This document shows, piece by piece, positions 32,302 to 42,426 of a stretch of 64,000 bases of DNA. Position 1 is the stretch's first letter. Each line of letters opens with the position of its first letter. A program made the position numbers and the translations under genes. The stretch comes from an uncultured Alphaproteobacteria bacterium (lineage in GTDB: Bacteria; Pseudomonadota; Alphaproteobacteria; Rhizobiales; Methyloligellaceae), in NCBI GenBank assembly GCA_963818165.1, contig CAWFRD010000006.1, forward strand, positions 152 to 64,151, written 5' to 3'. A model generated the notes under the pieces. It did not search any database. It saw nothing but the letters and a program-made list of their open reading frames with translations, and had not been told where the DNA came from.

Positions 32302-33352
32302 TCACGCATCGAGAATGAGTTCATGCGCGGCAAGCAGCCCGACCGCGACTGCGGGCGCGCAAGTCGCCGCCATGTCTCTCGCTTGCGGCGCGCAATCGAC
32401 GATTTCGGCGAAATCGCGATAGTTACGGCCTAGCCGCTCGGCAATCTGCCGGGCGATGAAACGGCCGCAGCCGGCGCCGATTACCGGAGCCTCGGCCGCC
32501 AGGTCCCTCTTGGGCGATGAGTGCGAGCGCCGCCGCTTCGATCTCGCCACGCTGCCGATCGGCGACATAGCGCGCGACATCGACATAGGCGAGGAGGTCG
32601 GCTTGCGTCGCATCGCGGCCGAGCATGCGGGCAAGCCTCGTTGCGCTCTCTTGCGTGCTCTTTCCTTTGAGATCGGGCGTGGGGTAGGGATCGGCGCCCG
32701 CGGGAAGCGCCCCGAGGAGACGCCACACATCGGCCATCGTCGCGAAGCGTTCGGCTGCAGCGCCCTGCATGCGCCCCTTGAACGGCGCGCTTCGCGCGAC
32801 CGCCATGACCGGCGTGCGCACAACCCCGGTATAGACAAGCTCGCGCTTGGCGAGCCTTTCGCCGTCCGTATAGCCTTTCGCAGCGACGGCGCCGCCCTTG
32901 ACCGGAACGAGGTCCGTGGTCGTGGTGCCGGCATCGATCAGCAAAGCCTCGGGGAGAAACCGGCCGATCAGGCTCCCGCTCGCATGCCAATTGGCCGACG
33001 CCACGTCGTTCATGTGCTCGACCGCGCCGATGTCGTCGAGAAAGCCCGCCCTCCCGCCATAGAAGATCGCCTCGCCGTCCGTAACCTTCCGCATCATCTC
33101 GACGAGATAGGCGACGCCATCCGCGCGATCGGAGAAGACGTCCGAGAGCTCGCCCGTCATGGTGACGGCATGCAGGGCTCCCGTTGGGCAGAGCGGAAAC
33201 GCCTCGGCGAGCGCGGCATCGAACTTGCTCGCGTCCTGCCGCAGGGGGCAGGGGACTTGCTTTACCGCGACGGCGCGGCGCCCTTCGATGCGGGCAAGCT
33301 TGAGATTTGCGCCGCCGAGGTCCCAGCCGATCACCGAATTCACAGCGTTCAT
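32302..33352 (-). CDS. hydantoinase/oxoprolinase family Orf9 (MfnF-like; apparent frameshift near 32513)
   Basis: IGWDLGGANLK, TMTGELSD, ASANW, D.GTTTTD, VYTGVVRTP; GAGCGRF, CAPAVAV in next frame. Confidence 0.87.
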
Positions 33353-33444
33353 AACCCCTCGCGATGGTGTCTGACCCCTATGAGGAGCGGCTTCCCCGGT
33401 CAAGCTGGGCGATGCGCGCGAATTCCTGCTATGGATGGAAGACA

Positions 33445-34182
33445 ATGAGCAAGTCGAGCGAGTTCACGGTCATTCCGGCCCTCGACCTCAAGGACGGCGT
33501 CACAGTTCATGCCAAGGCGGGAGCTCGCGCCGAATATCGGCCGGTCGAAAGCCCGTTCGGGCAAGCCGACGATCCCGCCTCCGTCGCCCGCGGTCTTCTC
33601 GCCGCCACCTTCTCGTCCGTTCTCTATGTCGCGGACCTCGATGCGATTATGGGACGCGGCTCGAATTTCGAGCTCGTGCGCGCTCTCGGCTATGCGCTTC
33701 CCGGCGTCACGCTCTGGATCGATGCCGGCTTCTCCGGCGTGGACGATTGCGGCTTCTGGCTGCCGCTCGATGCGACGCTCGTGATTGGCAGCGAGAGTGT
33801 CAAGACCGCCGGCAATTGGCGGGAAATCAAACAGGCGTTCGGCCAAACCACCGTGCTGTCGCTCGATTTCGATGCTGAAGGACCGAGAGGTCCAGCCGCG
33901 CTCTTCGCCGATCCCGATTTGTGGCCGGACCGCATCATCGTCATGAATCTCGGCCGCGTCGGCACCGGGCAGGGCCCCGACACCGAAGGGATCAAATCCC
34001 TCATCGCCAAGGGCAAAGGCCGCGCGATCTTCGCCGCTGGCGGCGTCAGGGACGCAGGCGACCTCGCCGCCATCGAAGCGGCCGGCGCAAGCGGCGCGCT
34101 CGTGGCGACGGCGCTGCACAAAGGCGCGCTCACGCAAAAAGAGATCGCCGCCCTCTTGCGAGAGCGGCGATCACAACTCTAA
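33445..34182 (+). CDS. HisA/HisF-related TIM barrel protein Orf17
   Basis: IPALDLKDG..VHA..G.R..YRP, LYVADLDAI, W.DAG, AAGGVR, ATALH.G. Confidence 0.87.
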   Translation: MSKSSEFTVIPALDLKDGVTVHAKAGARAEYRPVESPFGQADDPASVARGLLAATFSSVLYVADLDAIMGRGSNFELVRALGYALPGVTLWIDAGFSGVDDCGFWLPLDATLVIGSESVKTAGNWREIKQAFGQTTVLSLDFDAEGPRGPAALFADPDLWPDRIIVMNLGRVGTGQGPDTEGIKSLIAKGKGRAIFAAGGVRDAGDLAAIEAAGASGALVATALHKGALTQKEIAALLRERRSQL

Positions 34183-34288
34183 GCGCGAACGCGCCTATCC
34201 GTCAGAAACCCAGCTTTTGGAGCCACCGCCGAATCGGGCCCGGACCACCTGATTTGCCGGGTTGCCCCCGACCTGGGGGTTCTCCCTT

Positions 34289-34798
34289 TCAACCGGCTGC
34301 GAACGGATGGTGCGCGGCGTCCTTCTTCGCGGTGACTTCGGAGGCCTTCGGCTCGCCCTTGACGGCGCGGGCGAGGGCTTCCTTGGTGGCGCGATAGTTG
34401 AAGTCCTGGATCTTCTTGTCGTCCTTGGCTTCCCAGTGAATGAACACGCCGACGGTGACAAAGAGATCGTCGGCCTCGTTGGCGGGGATCACGCCTTCGG
34501 CGACGAAATCGGCGACAGCCTTGGCCACGGCATATTGTGCTGGGCCGAACATCTGCACTGCCTGACGCGCATCCTTGATCGTGACTTTGTTGTAGAGGAT
34601 CGTCGGGGGTTTGCAGAGAAGGTTCGGCGCGATCACCGCGAGCAGGGTGGTGAAGCCGTCCTTGTTGTTGGTCAAGGCATTGCAGAACGCCGTCTCGACG
34701 GCGCTGCCGCGCGGACCGAGAAGCAAATCGACATGAGCGACTTCGTTGCCGTCACCGACAAGCGACTCGCCGACACAAACTCCACTGATCTTGGGCAT
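34289..34798 (-). CDS. fae: formaldehyde-activating enzyme
   Basis: [39 protein letters not shown]. Confidence 0.96.
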   Translation of the reverse strand: MPKISGVCVGESLVGDGNEVAHVDLLLGPRGSAVETAFCNALTNNKDGFTTLLAVIAPNLLCKPPTILYNKVTIKDARQAVQMFGPAQYAVAKAVADFVAEGVIPANEADDLFVTVGVFIHWEAKDDKKIQDFNYRATKEALARAVKGEPKASEVTAKKDAAHHPFAAG

Positions 34799-34977
34799 GA
34801 ACCCCCTCCTAGATGGGCTAATACAATCGAAATCAATCTCGCAGGCGCCGGCAGGAATGCCGCTGTCGAAACGCCTTTGTCCGCAACTCCTCGAGAGGCG
34901 TGCGGCCGGCGTGAACATAAGCCCGGGGCGGAACCGTGGGCAAGTCGATTATTGCCGCGCCGCCTCGGTTTCCGGCC

Positions 34978-35829
34978 TTAATTGGCCTGATTGAGATTCC
35001 AGGCGAGCAGCGTCGCCACGGTCAAATCGGCCGATGTGCCTGGATTAAGTCCGCGCTCCTTGAGCGCCTGGTCGAAGGCCATCAAGGGCGCGATCATCGT
35101 GTCCGGCGCTTGGCACGCGGTGAAGCTCGCCTCGATGGGGGCGGCCTCCTCGCGTACGAGCGCCGCGCTCGCAGCGCCGAATTTGCGCTCGATCAGCGTA
35201 TCGGGGAGGTGGGCGAGAAAGCCGAGATAGACGCGCGTGACGGCCCAAGGCCCGTCGCCCCAGCGCTCGCGGCCCTGTGTCAGCCATTTGCGGCCGAGCT
35301 CGAAAATATCGGCAAAGCCGTTTGCATAGTTCCAGGCGATGCGGTCGCGCCCCTGGGCCGCACGCATCGCCTCAAGCAAGGTCACTTGCGGCTCGGTGCC
35401 GACATCGTGCTCGGGAGCATCGCCGAGACCGCCGGGCTTCGTCTCGCGGATGGCGCGGTAGGCCTCGCACGCGTCCTCGACGGTGAGCGCGTCGAGAATG
35501 CGCCGGAGCCTTTCTGCGAGGCTTCCTTGGCCCCGGTCGAGAGCGGCCGCGGCAAGCGGGGCCGCGAGCAGGATAATGCCGAGATTGGTGTTCTGCCCGG
35601 CCGCAAGTCGCGTCGCCTCGGCCGCAAGCCTGATGCGCTCGCCGACGCTGGGGCCTTTGCGCGCGATAAGCGGCGCGGCCGCCTCGGCGCTCGCCACGAA
35701 ATCGGCGACGGTCATGCGGTGGCCGTCGCCGAAGCGATGCACATTCCCGGGCTTCAACGCCTCGAGCTCGGCAAGACAAGCGTCGAGGAAGGCGCGCGCG
35801 ATCGCGTCCGGCTTGAGCGGCGCGCTCAA
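34978..35829 (-). CDS. CitG-like triphosphoribosyl-dephospho-CoA synthase Orf7
   Basis: KPGNVH, NTNLGIILL, DTLIERKFG, NPGTSADL; TTG start overlapping orf5 stop. Confidence 0.88.
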   Translation of the reverse strand: MSAPLKPDAIARAFLDACLAELEALKPGNVHRFGDGHRMTVADFVASAEAAAPLIARKGPSVGERIRLAAEATRLAAGQNTNLGIILLAAPLAAAALDRGQGSLAERLRRILDALTVEDACEAYRAIRETKPGGLGDAPEHDVGTEPQVTLLEAMRAAQGRDRIAWNYANGFADIFELGRKWLTQGRERWGDGPWAVTRVYLGFLAHLPDTLIERKFGAASAALVREEAAPIEASFTACQAPDTMIAPLMAFDQALKERGLNPGTSADLTVATLLAWNLNQAN

Positions 35830-36761
35830 GCGCCCTCTAGGCCTTCGCGACGCCGGGACGGGAGCGCGGCGTCGAGGAAGGCATCGACCAGCCGGTCCGA
35901 GATGCGAAACCAGCTGACGCGTTGAAGTCCGTTCCAGGCCGGCATCGAATTGACTTCGAGCACCAGGAACCGGCCGTCGGGGGCCTGGATGATATCGACA
36001 CCGGCATAATCGGCGCCGACGCAAGCGGCGGCTCTCACCGCGAGATCGGCAAGCTCGTGGCTCGCGATCGCGGCCTCGGCGCGCGCGCCCTGCTTGATAT
36101 TGGTGATCCAGCTCGACCCGTGTCTGATCATGGCGGCGATAACGCGACCCCGGCACACCAAGAGGCGCCAATCCTGATGGTGCCGTTGCGCGGGCGGTAT
36201 GAACTCCTGGAGATAATAGACCCCGGCGACCGCCTCGGGCGAGGCGAGATCGGCAAGCGAGGAAATAAGCCGCAAGCCCTTGCCTTGCGCTCCGAAGAGC
36301 GGCTTCTGCACCAATTTGTGGCCTTCGGCGATGAGGGAAGCAGCGATCGCCCCGGCCTCGGCGCGATTGGCAACGGCAAACGTGCGGGGCGTCGGCAGGC
36401 CGGCGCGCTGGAGAAAGAAGGTCGTCGTCGATTTGTCGACGCAGCGCTCGATGGCGCGTGCGTCGTTCCACACCGTCACGCCGAACTCGCGCAAGGCATG
36501 CAGCACGCCGAGATAGAGCGTGACCGCCTCGAAGCTGCCGCCCGGAACGAAGCGGACGAATGCGCCCTCGGGCAAACGACCGCCGAGACCGGGGATATGG
36601 AGCCCGGTCGCCGTTTCGGTCGAGAAGCGGCAAAGGTTGAGCGGCGCGATGAGGGGCGTGATCCCGTGCCGCTTGAAGGCGCGTGAAAGGCTCCGCCCAT
36701 GCCAGTCGCGGCCATCGCCGAACATGACGATGGCGGCGTCGTTGGCTCTTTGCGCGCTCAT
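35826..36761 (-). CDS. RimK-family ATP-grasp glutamate ligase Orf5
   Basis: IERCVDK, KPLFGAQGKG, YLQEF, YAGVD, LEVNSMP. Confidence 0.9.
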   Translation of the reverse strand: MSAQRANDAAIVMFGDGRDWHGRSLSRAFKRHGITPLIAPLNLCRFSTETATGLHIPGLGGRLPEGAFVRFVPGGSFEAVTLYLGVLHALREFGVTVWNDARAIERCVDKSTTTFFLQRAGLPTPRTFAVANRAEAGAIAASLIAEGHKLVQKPLFGAQGKGLRLISSLADLASPEAVAGVYYLQEFIPPAQRHHQDWRLLVCRGRVIAAMIRHGSSWITNIKQGARAEAAIASHELADLAVRAAACVGADYAGVDIIQAPDGRFLVLEVNSMPAWNGLQRVSWFRISDRLVDAFLDAALPSRRREGLEGA

Positions 36762-36766
36762 AACCC

Positions 36767-37771
36767 TTAGGCGAAGGATCGCGACAGCACGGCCATGTCG
36801 ATGCGCCCGCCCTCGAAGCTCTCGCCGGTCTTGAGCGAGGTCACCGTGACCATCGCCGGGCTGAACAGCGAGCGGTCGATCGCGTAGAAATCGCCTTTGA
36901 CCGCCGCGAAAATGTCGGCGAAGGGCCTGCCGTAATCCTTGGATTTGAGGCTCGGCAGAGTCTCGGCAAGCGTCTTCGCCTCGTCCGCGCCGCTCGACAC
37001 GAAGAGCTGCGCGCGGCCGCCGTAGATGATGGCGTCGTTGGTGCGTCCCATGGCGGCGACGAAGCTGGGCGCGGGCGGAGGCAGCGGCGCGGTGGCGATG
37101 CCGTCGATGATGGCGTCGAGCGGGAAATGCAGCTCATGCGCCTTGTGCAGAGCAACCTCAAGGCAGCGCGCCGCGATCTGCACCGTCCCGGCAAGGCTCG
37201 AGGTTGGCGCATAGACGAAGGTGAGACGCTTAGGCTTGAGCTTGCAGGCCTCCGCCACCTTCTCGACGAGCGCCGGCGGCGGCGGACCATCGGCTTCGAG
37301 CACGAGCACGGCGTTTGGCGCGTTGTCGCGATAGCCGAGTTCGTCGAACAGCTTCTCGGAGGACCCGATGGCGCGGGCAGGGCCTGAGCCGAGCACGCTG
37401 TATCTCTTGCCCTTGTTGTCCTCGGCCGAAAGGCTCCATCCGGCGTATTGCGAGCCGAGGCAGGCGAGGACCGGCTGCGACGTATGCACCGTCACCACGA
37501 ACGGCAAGGAGCTGTCGGGGTTGGTCGCTGCGAGCGACACGCTGCCGAGGCCGCCGAGGCAAATCTCGGCGATCCGCCGTCCGGCCTCGAGCCCGCCTAC
37601 GGCATTGACGCCGCAATCGATCCGGCACTCGCCGAGCGTTCCCTCGCTCACATCGACGCGAAGCGCGTCGGCATCAGCGATGAGCGCCTTGACGAGGGGT
37701 TCCGCCTTGGCGTTGACGCTCGCCCAGGTTCTCGCCGCGCTCCGCGACGTTTTTCTTCCCGTGTCGTTCAC
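36767..37771 (-). CDS. mch: methenyl-H4MPT cyclohydrolase
   Basis: EICLGGLG, ACLGSQYAGW, GSGPARA, AGTVQI.AR..E.ALHK, MGRTNDAI.YGG; start uncertain. Confidence 0.93.
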   Translation of the reverse strand: MNDTGRKTSRSAARTWASVNAKAEPLVKALIADADALRVDVSEGTLGECRIDCGVNAVGGLEAGRRIAEICLGGLGSVSLAATNPDSSLPFVVTVHTSQPVLACLGSQYAGWSLSAEDNKGKRYSVLGSGPARAIGSSEKLFDELGYRDNAPNAVLVLEADGPPPPALVEKVAEACKLKPKRLTFVYAPTSSLAGTVQIAARCLEVALHKAHELHFPLDAIIDGIATAPLPPPAPSFVAAMGRTNDAIIYGGRAQLFVSSGADEAKTLAETLPSLKSKDYGRPFADIFAAVKGDFYAIDRSLFSPAMVTVTSLKTGESFEGGRIDMAVLSRSFA

Positions 37772-38918
37772 TCGCGTTTCCCCTGCTAGTAGCTTGAAAC
37801 AATTGTAAAATCTTACGCCGTCGTGCTTCGGCCAAGCGTCTCGCGCCGGCGACCGTGCCGGCGCGCGCCGACACAGTGCATATCGGGCGGCTCTTGTCGA
37901 TCCATTCCGATGGCTTCGGCCGGTCGCCAACCCAAGCGGGCCAAGCTCCGCCTGCGGGCGCCTGCCAGCGCCGTGCCGCATAGACGATGGCCGAGGCCAT
38001 GGCGCCTTGGAGCTTGAGCGCGCGTGACGGCAATTTGCCTTCCCGCACCGCTTCCATATGCAAGCGTAGCAGCGGTCGCTTGCCGCGATCGAAGATGTCG
38101 AGCGTGGCACCGGGACGCGGATTGATCTCGAGCAGGAGGGGTTCTTCGTCGCGCAGGAGGAAGTCGGCGGAGGCAATTCCTTTGATCGGATAAGCGCGCG
38201 CGAGTTTCTTGACAGAAGCCGTCATCTTCCGCGCAAGCGGAGGAGACACGCGTGCCGGACACACGGCCCCGCCATAGCGCCAAGGACTTGAGGGACGGGG
38301 CGAAGTCCACTGCCCGCTGAAGCCGAGCACGCGGGCGCCGCTGCCATTTGCGACGAACAGCGCCGACACGGCGCGCCCAGCTTCGCGCTCCTGAAAATAG
38401 ATTTGGGCCGAGGTCTTGGCGAGACGGCTCGGCACGATGTGGCTGCCGCCGGCACCGCCACGCTTCTTGGCGAGCCACGTTCCGCCGCGCGCCGGAGGCT
38501 CGCGTTGGGTCGGCGGATGAGCAATGCCAAGGCGATCGAGCGTCGTGAAGAAATCTTCCGGCGATTTGAGGCGCGCGACGGTAGCGGCAGCGGTCCCGAG
38601 CAGAGGCCAGCGTTTGGCGATAAGCCTCAGCAGCTCCGGACGATCCTCGAACCCCGATCCATGAACGAGACCGAGAATGGGGGAGGGAGCAAGCTCGGCG
38701 AGGGCGGAAAGCGCGGGATAAAGGCTCTGCCAGCGGAAGCCGCGACCGATGCCGGTCAATTTCCGGCAGGCGTGAGCCGTTTCTTGCGTATCGGCATCGG
38801 CGAAGAAATCGGCGACGAGCGGCGTAAACCCCGCGCGCCGCGCGGCCACGGCGAGCGACCGCCCCGAAATGCTCGCGATCAGGAGCGAGCCGCCCTCACG
38901 CGGCAAGTTTTTGGGCAA
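37674..38918 (-). CDS. ATP-grasp protein OrfY
   Basis: SGR.LA..ARRAG, DFF.D.D, GSGFE, GGAGG.H, LEINPRPGAT; ends uncertain (overlaps mch and mtdB). Confidence 0.85.
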   Translation of the reverse strand: MPKNLPREGGSLLIASISGRSLAVAARRAGFTPLVADFFADADTQETAHACRKLTGIGRGFRWQSLYPALSALAELAPSPILGLVHGSGFEDRPELLRLIAKRWPLLGTAAATVARLKSPEDFFTTLDRLGIAHPPTQREPPARGGTWLAKKRGGAGGSHIVPSRLAKTSAQIYFQEREAGRAVSALFVANGSGARVLGFSGQWTSPRPSSPWRYGGAVCPARVSPPLARKMTASVKKLARAYPIKGIASADFLLRDEEPLLLEINPRPGATLDIFDRGKRPLLRLHMEAVREGKLPSRALKLQGAMASAIVYAARRWQAPAGGAWPAWVGDRPKPSEWIDKSRPICTVSARAGTVAGARRLAEARRRKILQLFQATSRGNASERHGKKNVAERGENLGERQRQGGTPRQGAHR

Positions 38919-39789
38919 GAGCGTAAGCGTCCCGAAAGTCGAGGTAGAGTGGCTTTTCCGAATTGATCATCTGTTTGAACAGACCGGCCTCGGTCCGATA
39001 CTTGATATTGCCGACCGCGAGCGCACCGATACCGACCGCCGTTCCGGCAATCGGCTTCGCGTTATCGTTCACCCCGACGCCCTCGACGCCCGACGGCGGC
39101 ACCGCATTCACGTCAGTCGCCACGAGCAGGTGTTTCGCACCCTTCATCTGGTCGAGCGTCACCAGCCTGCGCCCCGCGGGTCCGGCCGAGAAAATAATGT
39201 CGGCTTCGCGCGCCAGAGCCGATTTCTGCTCCTCCGTGCTGCCGTCGGCATAGCGGACATCGACGCCAAACCGCGCGCGCGCTTCGTCGGCGAGCCTGCG
39301 CACGCGCTCAGGCCCGTCGTAACCGACGAGGATCGCCGACGCGCCGTCCATGGCGGAGATCACCGCGGCGGCGAAGGCGACGACGCCGGTTCCGCCGAAC
39401 ACAACCACGCGCTTGCCCTTGAGCGTGGTCGAGAACTTGTCCTTGAGCGCTTCCTTGGCGCAGGCGACCATCGCCGCGGCCGTCGTGAACGATCCCGCCG
39501 GGTCGGCGAACACGGAAATCTCGAAGGGCGGCACCATCGCCTTCTTGGCGCGGTCCAACATGTCGAGCGCTTCCATGGCGCGCTTGCCGCCGATGAAGAC
39601 GCCGGTGCGCTTCACCCCCTCGGGGCCGCGCGAGAAGATCGCATCCTGCACGAGACCGGCCACGTCCTCGATGGTTACGTTGGTGTAGGGAATGGCGGCA
39701 TCGAAACCGGCGTCGAGCGCCATGTTCACGTCGAACGGGCTCATATGCTTGAGCGGCGTGATCATGTGCAGAATGCGCGGATTTCCCAT
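38896..39789 (-). CDS. mtdB: NAD(P)-dependent methylene-H4MPT dehydrogenase
   Basis: SPFDVNMALDAG, VQDAIFSR, DPAGSFTTAAA, GGTGVV, DVNAVPP. Confidence 0.93.
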   Translation of the reverse strand: MGNPRILHMITPLKHMSPFDVNMALDAGFDAAIPYTNVTIEDVAGLVQDAIFSRGPEGVKRTGVFIGGKRAMEALDMLDRAKKAMVPPFEISVFADPAGSFTTAAAMVACAKEALKDKFSTTLKGKRVVVFGGTGVVAFAAAVISAMDGASAILVGYDGPERVRRLADEARARFGVDVRYADGSTEEQKSALAREADIIFSAGPAGRRLVTLDQMKGAKHLLVATDVNAVPPSGVEGVGVNDNAKPIAGTAVGIGALAVGNIKYRTEAGLFKQMINSEKPLYLDFRDAYALAQKLAA

Positions 39790-39944
39790 CCTCTGTCGTC
39801 TCCCTGTCGTGGGCTTGAGCCCGCTTCGGCCGTTTGGCGGCTCACGTCGCGGATCCCTCGGAGGCATCGCTTTAGCACAATCGGCGGCCGGGCCAAGCTC
39901 CGATGAAGATGCATGTCGAGATCAACCGTGGCCCGCGCAGCCTC

Positions 39945-40949
39945 TCACCGCGCTTCGCCGGAGATTTCGACCTTGGTGCCCTCATTGCGGCCGCGCGCGA
40001 GCGCGAAGCTGAGTACGGGATGCTTGAAACGATTCCGCAATCGCCCAAGCAGAACCTCGCCTTGAGCCTGCGACGCGACGAAGGCGAAGCCGGTCGGCCC
40101 CCACGAACTCTGCCCGAGCCCAACGATCCCTTCGTCGCGGAGGAAGCCGAGCGCCTCGGCGACGCGCGGACTTGCATAGGCGCCCCCTTGCCAAGGCGCG
40201 AAATAGGCGCCCATGCACGCTTGCAGGTCGCCGACATGCCGGCAGAAGGCTGCGAAATCGCCCGCCGCGAGCGCGGGCAGCGCGCCTTGCGTGACGGCCC
40301 GCGACAGCGCCTCGATCTCTCCTGCGGGAACATCGGGGAGCGTCTCGAAGGCCGCCCTCTCGCTCGCGCCGGCGAGCCCCTCCGTCGCCGCATCGAAGAT
40401 CAGGAGCACCCGCCAGGAGTGAGGGAAGGGAACGCGGCTTGCGAGCTTCGGCAGCTTGCCCTCGCGCGGCCCCTCATCGAGCACGGCACCGCCTTGCGCG
40501 AAGGTGGCGATGCCGATGCCCGAGCGCGCGCCCCGTCCGAGCCGCGCCGCGATCTCGCGCGGTTCGAGCGGGAGCCCTTCCAAGGCGGCGAATGTGGAGC
40601 CTACGGCAAGGGCGAGCTGCGTGCCGGAGCCGAGCCCCGCATGTGTCGGGATCGCCTCCTCGATCCGGAGGCCGTAACGCGCTTCGATCCCTGAGCTCGC
40701 GGCGATTTGCCTGAGATAGCGCTCGGCGCGCTCGCCTTCGGGTCCGCTCACCGCGAGCCGTTCGGCGCGGCAGAGCACGAGCCGGGTGCGCGGAGCATCA
40801 ATCGAGAGCCCGAACGAGCCGAAGGGGCGGGCGCTTCGTCCGCTTGGATCGAGGAAGCCGAAATGAAGCCGCGCGGTCGCGGTGACGGCCGCCTCGCGCG
40901 AGCGCCCCGGTGCCCTTGCGCGTCTCGATTGAGGGGGAAAGGGCTCCAT
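39945..40949 (-). CDS. mptG: beta-ribofuranosylaminobenzene 5'-phosphate synthase (Orf4)
   Basis: ARLHFGFLD, HAGLGSGTQL, RG.RSGIG, GQSSWGPT; start uncertain. Confidence 0.9.
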   Translation of the reverse strand: MEPFPPQSRRARAPGRSREAAVTATARLHFGFLDPSGRSARPFGSFGLSIDAPRTRLVLCRAERLAVSGPEGERAERYLRQIAASSGIEARYGLRIEEAIPTHAGLGSGTQLALAVGSTFAALEGLPLEPREIAARLGRGARSGIGIATFAQGGAVLDEGPREGKLPKLASRVPFPHSWRVLLIFDAATEGLAGASERAAFETLPDVPAGEIEALSRAVTQGALPALAAGDFAAFCRHVGDLQACMGAYFAPWQGGAYASPRVAEALGFLRDEGIVGLGQSSWGPTGFAFVASQAQGEVLLGRLRNRFKHPVLSFALARGRNEGTKVEISGEAR

Positions 40950-41022
40950 TGATCGGCCCGAATCCTCTGGCTATGCTTCGGCTGAAGGGAAGGTCGAGTG
41001 ACTCTTTCAAAAGAGAAGGACG

Positions 41023-41409
41023 ATGGCAACGGCCGAACGCACCTATAGCGATGCCGAAGTTGAGGAGCGGCTCAAGAAGGAGCTGCCCCATTGGTACCTC
41101 GAGGGCGGCTGGATCAGGCGGCGATATCGCACCAATAGCTGGAAGGGCACGCTCATGGTGATCAACACCGTGGGCCATCTGTCCGAGGCCGCCTGGCATC
41201 ATCCGGACATCACGGCCTCGTATGCCTGGGTCGAGGTGAGGCTCATGAACCACGCCGCTAAGGGCATCACCGACAAGGATTTCGCCCTAGCCAAGAAGAT
41301 CGAAGAGGTCGTTCACTGGCAGCCCGGCAAGGAAGGGAGCGCGTTGGAAGGGACCCCCGCTGAGGACATGCGCTTCGCCTACATCAAATACGACAAGCCC
41401 AAGGCCTGA
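41023..41409 (+). CDS. pcbD: pterin-4-alpha-carbinolamine dehydratase
   Basis: EAAWHHPD, H.AKGIT.KDF.LA. Confidence 0.88.
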   Translation: MATAERTYSDAEVEERLKKELPHWYLEGGWIRRRYRTNSWKGTLMVINTVGHLSEAAWHHPDITASYAWVEVRLMNHAAKGITDKDFALAKKIEEVVHWQPGKEGSALEGTPAEDMRFAYIKYDKPKA

Positions 41410-41517
41410 CACGCGCCTTCTCCGCAAATGCCTGCCTAAACCGGCCGCGCTTGCGCCTCAAGGGCCACCTGTTTAATGGTGCGCGGCTGAATTCCCGAGG
41501 AGGGGGCCCGCCCCGCG

Positions 41518-42426
41518 ATGTCTCATCTCAAGCTCAAGGGCGTTACCATCGTCGAGACGTTCGCCGAGGCCTTTCCCATGGTGGGCACGCGGGTCATCAT
41601 CACCGCGCCCTCCCTCGAATGGGCCCTGATCGCCGCCCGCACCATGACCGGCTTCGCCACTTCGGTGATCGCCTGCGGGGCTGAAGCGGGCATCGAGCGG
41701 ACGCTTACCTCCGACGAGACGCTGGACGGCCGTCCCGGCGTCGCCGTTCTCCTCTTCACCATGGACACCGACAAGCTCCAACGCCAGCTCCGCAACCGGG
41801 TCGGTCAATGCGTGCTGACGAGCCCGGGCTCGGCCTGCTTCGCCGGACTCGATGGCGAGAAAAAGCTGAAGCTCGGAGCGTCGCTGCGCTTCTTCGGCGA
41901 CGGCTGGCAGATGTCGAAGATGGTGGGCGGCCGGCGGTTCTGGCGCATCCCGGTCATGGACGGCGAGTTCCTGTGCGAGGCGACCACCGGCCTCACCAAG
42001 AAGGCGGTAGGCGGCGGCAATCTCCTCGTGCTCGGCAAATCGCACGCCGCCGTGCTCGCCGCGTGCGAGCGCGCGGTCAAGGCCATCGGTGAGATCGAGG
42101 GCGTCATCACGCCGTTCCCGGGCGGGATTGTGCGCTCGGGCTCGAAGGTCGGCTCCAAATACAAGGGCCAGATCGCCTCGACCAACGACGCCTATTGCCC
42201 GACGCTGAAAGCCGCGGTCAACACCGAGCTTCCGCTCGGGGTCGAGGCCGTGATGGAGATCGTCATCGACGGGCTGACCAAGGATGCGGTTGGGAAGGCG
42301 ATGCACGCCGGCGTCCATGCCATCGTCGAGGGCGGCGCGGAGGCGGGCGTCACCCACATCACCGCCGGCAATTATGGCGGCAATCTCGGTCCGCATCATT
42401 TCCATCTGAAGGAGATCGTGGCGTGA
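41518..42426 (+). CDS. fhcD: formylmethanofuran--H4MPT formyltransferase subunit D
   Basis: TFAEAF, GFATSVI.CG.EAGIE, R.GQCVLT, PFPGGIVRSGSK, AGNYGGNLG. Confidence 0.95.
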   Translation: MSHLKLKGVTIVETFAEAFPMVGTRVIITAPSLEWALIAARTMTGFATSVIACGAEAGIERTLTSDETLDGRPGVAVLLFTMDTDKLQRQLRNRVGQCVLTSPGSACFAGLDGEKKLKLGASLRFFGDGWQMSKMVGGRRFWRIPVMDGEFLCEATTGLTKKAVGGGNLLVLGKSHAAVLAACERAVKAIGEIEGVITPFPGGIVRSGSKVGSKYKGQIASTNDAYCPTLKAAVNTELPLGVEAVMEIVIDGLTKDAVGKAMHAGVHAIVEGGAEAGVTHITAGNYGGNLGPHHFHLKEIVA